From Macrostomum lignano (taxonomy: Eukaryota), in NCBI GenBank assembly GCA_002269645.1, contig NIVC01003591.1:35559-99558 (forward strand): a DNA stretch of 64,000 bases, in the 5' to 3' direction. The stretch's first letter is position 1, and every line of letters starts with the position of its first letter. Shown here piece after piece: positions 16,620 to 27,990 of the stretch. A program made the position numbers and the translations under genes. The notes beneath the pieces are model-generated. The model had not been told where the DNA came from. It saw only the letters and a list, made by a program, of their open reading frames with translations, and did no database searches.

Positions 16620-18830
16620 TTGTGAAGCTTGGGGTTTAGGGTTGTGAAGCTTGGGGTTTATGGTTGTGAAGATTGGCGTGTAGGGTTGTGAAGCTTGGGG
16701 TTTAGGGTTGTGAAGCTTGGGGTTTATGTGAAGCTTAGGGTTGTGAAGCTTGGGGTGAGGGTTGTGGAGCTTGGGTGTAGGGTTGTGAAGATTGAGTGTA
16801 GGGTTGTGAAGATTGAGTGTAGGGTTGTGCAGCTTGGGTGTAGGGTTGTGAAGATTGGGGTGTAGGGTTGTGAAGCTTGGGGTTTATGGTTGTGAAGCTT
16901 GGGTGAGGGTTGTGGAGCTTGGGTGTAGGGTTGTGAAGATTGGGGTGTCGGGTTGTGAAGATTGGGGTGTAGGGTTGTGGAGCTTGGGTGTAGGGTTGTG
17001 GAGCTGTGGTGTAGGGTTGTGGAGCTGTGGTGTAGGGTTGTGGAGCTGTGGTGTAGGGTTGTGGAGTTTGGGTGTAAGGTTGTGGAGCTTGGGTGTAGGG
17101 TTGTGGAGCTGTGGTGTAGGGTTGTGGAGCTGTGGTGTAGGGTTGTGGAGCTGTGGTGTAGGGTTGTGGAGTTTGGGTGTAAGGTTGTGGAGCTTGGGTG
17201 TAGGGTTGTGGATCTGTGGTGTAGGGTTGTGGAGCTTGGGTGTAGGGTTGTGGAGCTTGGATGTAGGGTTGTGGAGCTTGGTTGTAGGGTTGTGGAGCTG
17301 TGGTGTAGGGTTGTGGAGCTGTGGTGTAGGGTTGTGTAGCTTGGATGTAGGGTTGTGGAGCTTGGTTGTAGGGTTGTGGAGCTTGGGTGTAGGGTTGTGG
17401 AGCTTGGTTGTAGGGTTGTGGAGCTGTGGTGTAGGGTTGTGGAGCTGTGGTGTAGGGTTGTGGAGCTTGGTTGTAGGGTTGTGGAGCTGTGGTGTAGGGT
17501 TGTGGAGCTTGGGTGTAGGGTTGTGGAGCTTGGTTGTAGGGTTGTGGAGCTGTGGTGTAGGGTTGTGGAGCTTGGGTGTAGGGTTGTGGAGCTTGGTTGT
17601 AGGGTTGTGGAGCTGTGGTGTAGGGTTGTGGAGCTTGGGTGTAGGGTTGTGGAGCTGTGGTGTAGGGTTGTGGAGCTGTGGTGTAGGGTTGTGGAGCTGT
17701 GGTGTAGGGTTGTGGAGCTGTGGTGTAGGGTTGTGGAGCTTGGTTGTAGGGTTGTGGAGCTGTGGTGTAGGGTTGTGGAGCTTGGGTGTAAGGTTGTGGA
17801 GCTTGGATGTAGGGTTGTGGAGCTTGGATGTAGGGTTGTGGAGCTTGGTTGTAGGGTTGTGGAGCTGTGGTGTAGGGTTGTGGAGCTGTGGTGTAGGGTT
17901 GTGGAGCTGTGGTGTAGGGTTGTGAAGATTGAGTGCAGGGTTGTGGAGCTGTGGTGTAGGGTTGTGGAGCTGTGGTGTAGGGTTGTGGAGCTGTGGTGTA
18001 GGGTTGTGGAGCTGTGGTGTAGGGTTGTGGAGCTGTGGTGTAGGGTTGTGGAGCTGTGGTGTAGGGTTGTGGAGCTGTGGTGTAGGGTTGTGGAGCTGTG
18101 GTGTAGGGTTGTGGAGCTTGGGTGTAGGGTTGTGGAGCTGTGGTGTAGGGTTGTGGAGCTGTGGTGTAGGGTTGTGGAGCTTGGATGTAGGGTTTTGGAG
18201 CTTGGTTGTAGGGTTGTGGAGCTGTGGTGTAGGGTTGTGGAGCTTGGGTGTAGGGTTGTGGAGCTGTGGTGTAGGGTTGTGAAGCTGTGGTGTAGGGTTG
18301 TGGAGCTTGGATGTAGGGTTGTGGAGCTTGGTTGTAGGGTTGTGGAGCTGTGGTGTAGGGTTGTGGAGCTTGGGTGTAAGGTTGTGGAGCTTGGGTGTAG
18401 GGTTGTGGAGCTGTGGTGTAGGGTTGTGGAGCTGTGGTGTAGGGTTGTGGAGCTGTGGTGTAGGGTTGTGGAGCTTGGGTGTAGGGTTGTGGAGCTGTGG
18501 TGTAGGGTTGTGGAGCTGTGGTGTAGGGTTGTGGAGCTTGGATGTAGGGTTTTGGAGCTTGGTTGTAGGGTTGTGGAGCTGTGGTGTAGGGTTGTGGAGC
18601 TTGGGTGTAGGGTTGTGGAGCTGTGGTGTAGGGTTGTGAAGCTGTGGTGTAGGGTTGTGGAGCTTGGATGTAGGGTTGTGGAGCTTGGTTGTAGGGTTGT
18701 GGAGCTGTGGTGTAGGGTTGTGGAGCTTGGGTGTAAGGTTGTGGAGCTTGGGTGTAGGGTTGTGGAGCTGTGGTGTAGGGTTGTGGAGCTGTGGTGTAGG
18801 GTTGTGGAGCTGTGGTGTAGGGTTGTAGAG
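16620..18830. repeat. 21-bp G-rich minisatellite (tagggttgtggagctgtggtg and variants), roughly 100 copies
   Basis: Direct reading; contains TAGGG in each unit. Confidence 0.97.
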
Positions 18831-19214
18831 TTTGCATATTGTGAATCTTATGATTCCTAAAACTAGTTTCTCTAAGAGCAGCTGAGGGCCGCAGTCAGCT
18901 CCCCGGGCCCGAATCTCTGCTGTTCTCTGTAACATTGAGCGCTGCAGCGGCCTCACAGAGCCTTGATGAGGCGGCCGGTATTTTTTTCTGCAGGCCGTCT
19001 AAAAATAGACTTTAAAGAATCGGTTCCTTAGTAACGCATATTAAGCTGACAAAAAGACCGTCCTTGCAATTATCAAAGAGCATCCTTACTAAAGATTAAA
19101 GACAAGAGACAATACATGAAAATGGAGATTAGAGAGTCACATTAGGGAAGAGTGACACAGTGGTGAACAACGGAGACAAGAGACAAGGAACAGGACACAG
19201 GACGAGTGTCACAT

Positions 19215-19605
19215 AAAAGTCAAGAGAGTGACACAAAGGGGACCAAAGGGTGACACAGAGGGGACAGGGAGAGTGACACAGAGGGGACAGGGAGAGTGAC
19301 ACAGAGGGGACAGGGAGAGTGACACAGAGGGGACAGGGAGAGTGACACAGAGGGGACAGGGAGAGTGACACAGAGGGGACAGGGAGAGTGACACAGAGGG
19401 GACAGGGAGAGTGACACAGAGAGGACAAGGAGAGTGACACAGAGGGGACACGGAGAGTGACACAGAGGGGACACGGAGAGTGACACAGAGGGGACACGGA
19501 GAGTGACACAGAAGGGACCAGAGGGTGACACAAAGGAGGCCAGAGGGTGACGCAGAGGGGACCAGAGGGTGACACATAGGAGGCCAGAGGGTGACACAGA
19601 GGGTG
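19215..19605. repeat. 23-bp minisatellite (gtgacacagaggggacagggaga)
   Basis: Tandem copies seen. Confidence 0.9.
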
Positions 19606-19663
19606 ACGTGAGGACACTGCCAACCCTCAGGCCGGGGCCACCGCACGGGCGGCCGCAGCGGGC

Positions 19664-20086
19664 ATGACAGGCGGCATGGGTTGCTGCCTGGCCAGCCTTT
19701 GCCGCCGGTGCTGCCGACAAGCTCAGCGCAGTCGTCGGCACGCTGCCAAAGTCGCGCCCGAAGGTCCGGCAGAAGCCGAACGGCCTGTCCCGACGCCGCC
19801 TCCGCAGCCTTCGCAGCCGCCGCCGCCGCCGTCAACGCCTCCGCCTCCGCTGCCCATCTCGGACTTTCCCTACCTGCCGCACGGCTCGCAGCAGTTCCGG
19901 TCCAGCCGGGCCATCAACAGGCTGGGCCAGAGCCTGACAGTCAGCCTGTCGCAAGACTGCGACCTGCTCACCGTGGAGCTCTCTTGCGCCGGCGCTCAAG
20001 ATGCTGAGGGGGATGCGGCGTCGGACTCGGCCATTGCCACCTGGGATTGGTGGAAGTCGCCCACACGGAGGCCGCAGTCGCGGTGA
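19664..20086 (+). CDS. Probable coding exon or short Pro-rich hypothetical protein
   Basis: GC-rich island with an ordered C-terminal stretch (DFPYLPHGSQQF...CDLLTVELSC...WDWWKSP); gene model unresolved. Confidence 0.35.
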   Translation: MTGGMGCCLASLCRRCCRQAQRSRRHAAKVAPEGPAEAERPVPTPPPQPSQPPPPPSTPPPPLPISDFPYLPHGSQQFRSSRAINRLGQSLTVSLSQDCDLLTVELSCAGAQDAEGDAASDSAIATWDWWKSPTRRPQSR

Positions 20087-20339
20087 CGGCAGAGTGCGTG
20101 AAGATTAAAAAACTGTTTAAAATTCAGAGCTAAAACTCGAGCAAAGCCACTGTTCTTCCCATAGCTCGTGATTTCTCCTACGAACTTATCGTCTCTGTTC
20201 ATCTATAGTGAGGAAGATTCATTCCATGGCAGGCTAACCTTTCATATTGACACATGTAAACTTCTATCAAGTATGTCAGCTTTGTATACTACTGCTATTA
20301 CCATGCTACAGCGTATTGTTTCTTGTGGGCCTCGTACTA

Positions 20340-20745
20340 GTCACGTGACAACAGTTGCATCATCAAATAGCAGCATATTGGCTGTGGCAAGTCACGTGAC
20401 AGCTGTTGCATCATCCAATAGCAGCATATTGGCTGTGGCAAGTCACGTGACAGCTGTTGCATCATCCAATACTCGTAGCAGAATATTGGCTATGGCAAGT
20501 CACGTGACAGTGACAGTTGTTGCGTCATCCAATAGCAGCATATGGCTGTGGCAAGTCACGTGACAGTTGTTGCGTCATCCAATAGCAGCATATTGGCTGT
20601 GGCAAGTCACGTGACAGCTGTTGCATCATCCAATAGCAGCATATTGGCTGTGGCAAGTCACGTGACAGCTTTTGCGTCCAATAGCAGCAAATTGGCTGTG
20701 GCAAGTCACGTGACAGCTTTTGCGTCCAATAGCACCATATTGGCT
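20340..20745. repeat. ~51-bp minisatellite containing GTCACGTGAC and opposed CCAAT/ATTGG
   Basis: About 8 copies of caagtcacgtgacagctgttgcatcatccaatagcagcatattggctgtgg. Confidence 0.9.
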
Positions 20746-21183
20746 GTGACATTGACTTTGTTTGTCTTCAAGCTTCAGAAACTCTATAAAGCACTGTCTT
20801 TCAGAATTTTCATTTAAAAACCATAAATGCAGCACTCACTGATAATCTCTCTTGCTTAGCAACTAGGCAACCAAATTTAGCTCATAATTGTGTTCATCTT
20901 TCTTTTGTAAGTTTCTCCACTTTGCGAGCTACAGCTCTACCTTGTTTTCTAAGTCAACAATAAATCCACTAGCAAAACTGACTTTTTCTCCTCACTAAAT
21001 TTTCCACAAAAGAAATAAAACTAAAATTCCCAGCAAAGTCTTGATGTGCTACTGTTGGAAAAATAGCAACTTCCGAGCGGCATTACCATCTGCCTAGCGC
21101 AATGGTTGTACATATTTTAGTTCAGCCGAGTCAAGTCAAGAATAAAAAAAAAATGATGCTTCAGTATCGGAGCTCGGCAGGAA

Positions 21184-22230
21184 CTATGCTCTCTGCTGCT
21201 GCTGCTGCTTCTGGGACGCCGCCCTCTTCTTGGCTGATTTTGCCGACCGCTGCAGCATCCACTCCTCCTGGCGGACCATCCTGAGCTGCCGGCCGATACT
21301 CTTCACCGAGTCTTTGAGCTCCTGCTGGCACCGCGCCGGCCCTCCGCTGCTGTCCAGCCTCTCGCTTCTGCTGCGCTGCATCCTCACTGAGCTCAGGCCG
21401 CCGCTGTCTTCCGTCTCATTCCCGTTGTCTCTGTTTCTGCCGCCTTCTCTGCTTCTGTTGTTGCTTTTTCTGCTTCGATTGCTTCCGGCTTTGACTCTTT
21501 GTTCCTCTCCTCTGCTGTCCGACTCCGAGCCCGAGTCTGATGTTGAGACTGAATCTTTGTCCAGCCTGCCCTTGTCTTTGTCCAGCCTGCCCTTGTCTCT
21601 GTCCAGCCTGCCCCTGTCTTTGTCCAGCCTGCCCTTGTCTTTGTCCAGCCTGCCGTTGTCTTTGTCCAGCCTGCCATTGTCTTTGTCCAGCCTGCCCTTG
21701 TCTTTGTCCAGCCTGCTCTTGTCTCTGTCCAGCCTGCCCTTGTCTTTGTCCAAACTGCCTTTGTCTTTATTCTGCCTGCCGGCCTCTCCGCTTGGTTTTG
21801 GGTCCGCAGTGAGCCGGCGGTTTTTGTTCTGCTGTCGGCGGCCCTCCCGCCCAACGCCCAAGCGGCCGGCGCGCAACCGGCCATCCGAGCACTCCAGGAA
21901 CTCCTTGGACAGCCGGTTCAACAGCCGGAAACTCGCCGTCGGCCGCGCGTCCTCGACTGTCCGGCGCCTCCGCCGAGTCCGGGCAGCCACCGAGTTTGCG
22001 CCGCTGGTGAGGAGCGGCGCCGGCGGCTGGTCCCGAAAGCTGATCACCTCGTAGCCGCCGATGGAGCGGATCGTCACGTCGCAAATCGAATGCGGCTGGC
22101 GACGCCGCCGGCCTGAAGGACTGCGGCAGCTGCCACCACTGCTGCCGCCGAACCACAGGCTCATGCAGTACCAATAGAAGTTCCTCATCATGCCAGCCAG
22201 CCTCCACGAGAGAGTGCCTGGACCGGCCAT
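21184..22230 (-). CDS. Hypothetical 348-aa protein with about 10 LDKDKGR heptad repeats
   Basis: ATG-to-stop ORF in a GC-rich island; internal 21-bp coding repeat at ~21550-21760; helical C-terminus (QQELKDSVKSIGRQLRMVRQEE). Confidence 0.55.
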   Translation of the reverse strand: MAGPGTLSWRLAGMMRNFYWYCMSLWFGGSSGGSCRSPSGRRRRQPHSICDVTIRSIGGYEVISFRDQPPAPLLTSGANSVAARTRRRRRTVEDARPTASFRLLNRLSKEFLECSDGRLRAGRLGVGREGRRQQNKNRRLTADPKPSGEAGRQNKDKGSLDKDKGRLDRDKSRLDKDKGRLDKDNGRLDKDNGRLDKDKGRLDKDRGRLDRDKGRLDKDKGRLDKDSVSTSDSGSESDSRGEEQRVKAGSNRSRKSNNRSREGGRNRDNGNETEDSGGLSSVRMQRSRSERLDSSGGPARCQQELKDSVKSIGRQLRMVRQEEWMLQRSAKSAKKRAASQKQQQQQRA

Positions 22231-22435
22231 GCCTCCTCCGCGTCAATTGATAATTTATTGTAAATTAAAAGTTCATGAAGACTTTTTTTCAGTCTCAGCA
22301 TGCTGTTTGCATCCCGGTTTGGTGTTGCCGAGAATAAACTCTGCTCTATGGAAAAAGCTGCTTTCTCGAAAAAGTCGGTCTGCTAGCTTCAATTCTCATT
22401 AGTAGTAAATGCGCAAGTAGGGTAAAAAAGCCTTC

Positions 22436-22437
<2 letters not shown>

Positions 22438-22498
<61 letters not shown>

Positions 22499-22511
22499 TT
22501 CTGTCTGTCTA

Positions 22512-22606
<95 letters not shown>

Positions 22607-22641
22607 TTCTGTCTGTCTGTCTGTCTGTCTATCTGTCAGTT

Positions 22642-22686
<45 letters not shown>

Positions 22687-22689
22687 TAG

Positions 22690-22720
<31 letters not shown>

Positions 22721-22745
22721 CTGTCTGTCTGTCTGTCTGTCTTAG

Positions 22746-22798
<53 letters not shown>

Positions 22799-22799
22799 T

Positions 22800-22830
<31 letters not shown>
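22438..22830. repeat. (CTGT)n microsatellite
   Basis: Direct reading. Confidence 0.98.
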
Positions 22831-23194
22831 TTCTCACTTTCAATTGCTTCGGATATAAATATTTTTCACCATACTACTTTCAGTAGTACGGTAAGCAAAG
22901 AAAACTTATTAAAATAACATCTGTCGGCATTATGCTTTTTGAGCCAGCTAATTATGGTATAAAAACTCAGAGGAAAATACGATCGTAGAATCGACAGAAT
23001 TCTTCGTATTCGACTGTTTCACTTATTTTACACATTTAAACCTCTTTTTCGACTATAATTAAATTGATGCATAAAGTCCTGACATTCATTAGATTCAAGA
23101 TGTGCAATTTCGCCAAGAATTTGGGTTGATACTATTGAGCCAAATATTTTTATTGCTGCCATATTTGTGCGTCTGACCGAAACTACAGAGGGCT

Positions 23195-23310
23195 AGAAAA
23201 CCAGGGAGCCAATCAGAGGCTAGCCAGGGGTAGAAAAATTTGGGAGCCAATCAGAGGCTAGCCAGGGGTAGAAAAACTTGGAAGCCAATCAGAGGCTATC
23301 ATGGGATAGA
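23195..23310. repeat. Three ~37-bp repeats each containing agccaatcag (CCAAT box)
   Basis: gagccaatcagaggctagccaggggtagaaaa repeated three times. Confidence 0.7.
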
Positions 23311-23413
23311 AAAACCGGGGGAACCCAGTCAAGGGTAAAGAAATAGGGTTGGCGGACCTTTATTAAGTCAAGCTCTACATCCAGGGAATGTCTTCAATGA
23401 AAACAGACTGCGC

Positions 23414-26400
23414 TCAAAAGTCCGTGGTTCGATCGCTGCCGCTGCTGGTCGCATCGTCCGAAGTCAGACCGAAGCTGCTGCCGCCGCTGTCAAGAAGGTC
23501 TAGTCTTCGCCGGGACGAACCGGACGAGGCCGACGAAGCTGAGGAAGAAAATCCCGATTGCGAAGTCACGGACGCCTGCGCCAGTCGCTGCTGCAGCTGG
23601 CGAATCTCCTCGCCGAGGCGGCTTGTTAGGAGCTGCCGAGTCGATGACGATGCAGTCCCGGGCCCGCTGTCGGCGTCTGTTGCGTCGCTGCTGCGCTGCT
23701 CGTCTCCTGACTCTTCCCAAACAGTCGCCGCCTCCGCAGCCTCCTCTTCATTTGGCAGCTCCGGTATGCTTTCCAGCGATGGCCGAAGGTCGACCAGCTG
23801 TCGCAGGCTCTGGTGATAGGCCTGAATGCCTCGCCGCCTGTCCTCAGTGTGGCGGTACAGCTCCATCATCTGGCGCAGGTGCCACGGGCAGCAGGGCTCG
23901 TCGGACAGTTCGCCGGCGCTCCACGCGTCCTCCAGCTGCTTGCTGTCGGAGTCGCCTCTGTCGCTGCTCAGCGTTGAAGCATCGTCAGGCGTTGATGATC
24001 TCGACGGCGACAAGCGGCAGCCGACGCAGCGAGCCAGTGCGTCCAGCTCGGCCCTCAGCATCGCCTCCATGCCGGCCGGCGCCTTCAGGCTGCGCAGCCG
24101 GGCCAGGAGCTCCGCTGCAGCTGCGGCCGCGGGTTCGCGTGGCAGCTGCTGGACTTCTGGCACAGGAGCTTCTGGCGCCGCTGCCGGCGCTGTGGACGGC
24201 GGAGCTGGCGGCTGAGGCTGGGCTTCTGAGAGCTCCTCTGCAGTTGCGCCGGTGGTGCCTGACTCATCATCAGATGAAGACGTCTCGACTGCCATGCTCC
24301 ACGAGACGGTCAAGCGGATGGCTTCGGGTCGCTCGGTTGGAGTGCTGGGCGCTTCGTCTTCTCTGTGACTTGCGCAGCTGGTTTTTTCGCTGCTGTTGCT
24401 GCTTCTATTGGTTCTGTTGCTTCTGCTACTTTTGCAGCTTCTGCTGCTTTCAGTGTCGCAGGATGAGTCGCTGCTGAAGCTGTTTGAGTCGCTGCCCGCT
24501 ACTGCTACGGAAAGTGACGTCATGCCTGGGGAATTCTGGAGAGGCTTATGCGTAGGCGGAGGCAGAGGAGGGGGCGGAGGAGGAGGCGGAGGCGGGGGCG
24601 AAGATAGGGGCGGAGGCGGGGGCGGAGATGGGGGCGGAGGCGGGGGAAGATACGGAAGCGGGGGTGGAGGAGGGGGCGGAGGCGGGGCGGAGGTGGAGCT
24701 GCTATTTGGGGCAGCCGCGCTGCCAGCGGTGAGACCGCAGCTGCGACAGTCTTCAGCGGCGGAGGTGGCCGCACAGGCAGCTCAGTGAAAGCCGGAAACG
24801 ACACAATCGAGCCGTCGTCATCTCCCTCGTCTGATTGCAGGTCTTTGCAGTCTGGCCGCAGGTTGTCATCAAGTGTGGTCAGGGAATCACTGTCGTCATC
24901 GAACAGTAGCTGAGACTCGGACGCCAGCTGATCGTCCGGGCCATCGACGATCATGTTCCTGACCGCCTCCTCGAGCTGCAGCAGCTCGGCCAGCTGCTTT
25001 CGGCGCCTCGCCTCCGCTCTGGAGACCGGCTTCTGCTGCGGGCCGCGGGCCGGCTTGGGGGCCGCAGGTTCCGGCGGCAGAACCCATCGACGCTGCGGAG
25101 CGGCCGCCCCCACCGCCAGCGTCTGCGGCCTTCGCTCGGTTGCGAGGCGCGGTGCTCGGCTGGGCGGTTGCTGCGTCCTGGGAGCGACTGGTTGCCGCTG
25201 CGAGCGCTTCTGCCGCTGCTGCTGTGGCTGCTGCTTCGGCGGGCAGCGCTTTGGCTTTGAACCCGCAGGCCTAGGAGGCGGCGGCTGCGGCGGCGGCATC
25301 GGCGGGGCAGCAGGGAGTCTTTTTTGGTTCGGCTGCTCAGCTGCGGTCCGCCTTGGATTGGCCGAGATGGGTGGGGTTTGGCACGGGTGCTGCGGCGGCT
25401 GGGATGGCAGCTGGGGTGGCGCGGCTGCGGAGACTGACGAGGTCGCCGAGGCGGCGTCCTGAGAGTCAAGCAGGCTGGCCAAGAACGCCAGCCGGTTCGG
25501 CTCCGATGGCGCGGCCTGCCTGAACCAGCCGCTGAAAGTCGCCACCACGACCTCCGACTGCCTCTGCTGACCTGGCCGGGGTTGCAGCTGCTCCGCCGCC
25601 TCCTCCTCCTCGGCTTCACCGGCGGAGGACTCAGCAGACGGGGAGTCTCCATCCATCGACATTGCAGAGGTCGCCGGCGTCGGCATCGGCGGTGTCGGCG
25701 GCGGTGTCGGAGTTCGCGACCGCAGCATCGGCCTCGACGACGCCGGGGTTGGCGGCAGGCTGCGGCTGCGGCCTCGCTTGCTGTCGCCGGCGCAGCGGCC
25801 CCGAGACCGGGAGCGGCGGCCGACCCGCTTGAGGAAACTGCGGAAGAAGCGGAACGGTCGGCTGCCAGCGCTCTCTCGGCTGCCCAGGGTGGCGCCGGTG
25901 GCACCGTCGGCAGCGTCTCCGCCCGGGCAGCAGCGAATCTCCGGCGGGGCGGCTGCCCTGCAAACGGGAAGGCGCGGCCAGCGGCGCAGCTGCGCGTGGC
26001 TGCGGGGCGGGCGCCGCTTCTGCGCCGAACTGGGCGGGCTGACGGAAGTCAGCGGCGTCTCCAGCTGCACAACGCAGGCAGTCGCTGGCGGGCCCTGCGG
26101 CCGAGGCGGCGGTGGGGCTGAAGAAGGTTGCGGCGGTGGGGCTGAAGAAGGTTGCGGCGTTTCAGGCATCGGAGTCGGTCGGCTGTGAGTCGCCGCCGCC
26201 CGCTCTTTGAATGGGCAGCCGCCGCTGATGTCGCCGCTCGGTGCAGCGCTCGGCCGTCGACCTACAACTGTCCCCGACACTGTCCACGGCCGCTGCTGCA
26301 GCTGGGCCGCCTGCGGCCGGAAAGCCTTGGCCAGGTTCAGCCGGCCGAAGATGATGCCAGGGACGGCGGCGGGCGCGGGGCTGTCGGCCCGCCGACTGGC

Positions 26401-26580
26401 AGCGGTGACCCGGACTCGCTGGCGGCCGCCCGTCGCCGAAGAAGCCGAGTCATCCGCTGCTGCCCAGCCTCGGCTGCTGCCGTATGCAGGACGCATGGCT
26501 GATGCTTTGACGAGACTTCCGCGTGTTTTTGCTGAACAAAATGCACTTGCGAAGTGCACAATCTCTGTGTCAGCAGCCAC
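23414..26580 (-). CDS. Hypothetical ~1050-aa low-complexity protein with a polyproline tract; ORFs 24520..26580 and 23414..24523 join if one G is added at 24684-24687
   Basis: The second frame stays open from 24781 to 23414 and carries the polyproline. Candidate splice acceptor at 26581-82; first ATG at 26496. Confidence 0.6.
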
Positions 26581-27184
26581 CTTGCACGTGTCAGGCTAAT
26601 TTAATGCACGCGATTCGTACCATAGACTTAAGCTGTTTGGCACTTTGCAACTGAAGCAGCGTGGCCGCTGAGTTCAGTAGTTTGAACGCGTATTATTGGA
26701 TTTTTTAGCCCTCAAGAATTTTGCGTCTTTGCCTACATGCAACTTTCACAGTCAGTGAGAGTATGCGAGAGCCTTAGAGAACCCTACGAGGTCATGTGCC
26801 CCCAAAATGCAACTATCTATTCGTGAGTGCATTAACCATTCCGATGGTTTTCTGTTACTAGGCTATAGTATCAAAGTGACCAGCGCTACTACTGCATTCT
26901 ATTGCCATGCAGCTGAAAGGCTGGAATTCTTCAGCAAAATGCACCAGTTCGGCTTCACCTCGATACTCTCTGGTAATCGCACTAAAACACGTGATTAAAC
27001 TAAAATAGCTTGTATTACTGGGCTCTCGCCGTGCCTGCAACTCTGCTGCAGCTGCGATGCTTGCTAAACATGCTAAACAAATCTTTTAAAACTTCACTTT
27101 TTTAAGACAGCTTACTTGAAACTGACAGAAGTGACCGAGGTTTGCAATAATGGAAGAGTTGTGAGCAAGTCTAAAATTGTAATG

Positions 27185-27990
27185 TGTGACAGAAACGCAG
27201 GCGAGAGTGACAGAAATGCTGACTACAGTGTGACAGAAATAAAAGCGAGAGTGTGACAGAAATAAAGGCGAGAGTGTGACAGAAATGCAGGCGAGAGTGT
27301 GACAGAAATGCAGGCGAGAGTGTGACAGAAATGCAGGCGAGAGTGTGACAGAAATGCAGGCGAGAGTGGGACAGAAATGCAGGCGAGAGTGTGACAGAAA
27401 TGCAGGCGAGAGTGGGACAGAAATGCAGGCGAGAGTGTGACAGAAATGCAGGCGAGAGTGTGACAGAAATGCAGGCGAGAGTGTGACAGAAATGCAGGCT
27501 AGAATGACAGAAATGCAGGCTAGAATGACAGAAATGCAGGCTAGAATGACAGAAATGCAGGCGAGAGTGTGACAGAAATGCAGGCTAGAATGACAGAAAT
27601 GCAGGCGAGAGTGTGACAGAAATGCAGGCGAGAGTGTGACAGAAATGCAGGCGAGAGTGTGACAGAAATGCAGGCGAGAGTGTGACAGAAATGCAGGCGA
27701 GAGTGTGACAGAAATGCAGGCGAGAGTGTGACAGAAATGCAGGCGAGAGTGTGACAGAAATGCAGGCGAGAGTGTGACAGAAATGCAGGCGAGAGTGTGA
27801 CAGAAATGCAGGCGAGAGTGTGACAGAAATGCAGGCGAGAGTGTGACAGAAATGCAGGCGAGAGTGTGACAGAAATGCAGGCGAGAGTGTGACAGAAATG
27901 CAGGCGAGAGTGTGACAGAAATGCAGGCGAGAGTGTGACAGAAATGCAGGCGAGAGTGTGACAGAAATGCAGGCTAGAATGACAGAAATT
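27185..27990. repeat. 23-bp minisatellite (gcaggcgagagtgtgacagaaat)
   Basis: About 35 near-identical tandem copies. Confidence 0.97.

Noticed and set aside
16735-18837. 700-aa PQPYTTA mucin-like ORF
   Set aside because: The 21-bp unit has no stop in several frames on both strands, variants are not biased to synonymous changes, and there is no signal peptide; best explained as a minisatellite.
20850-20875. RFX X-box-like motifs here and at ~31876
   Set aside because: Short degenerate motifs with no defined TSS; expected by chance.
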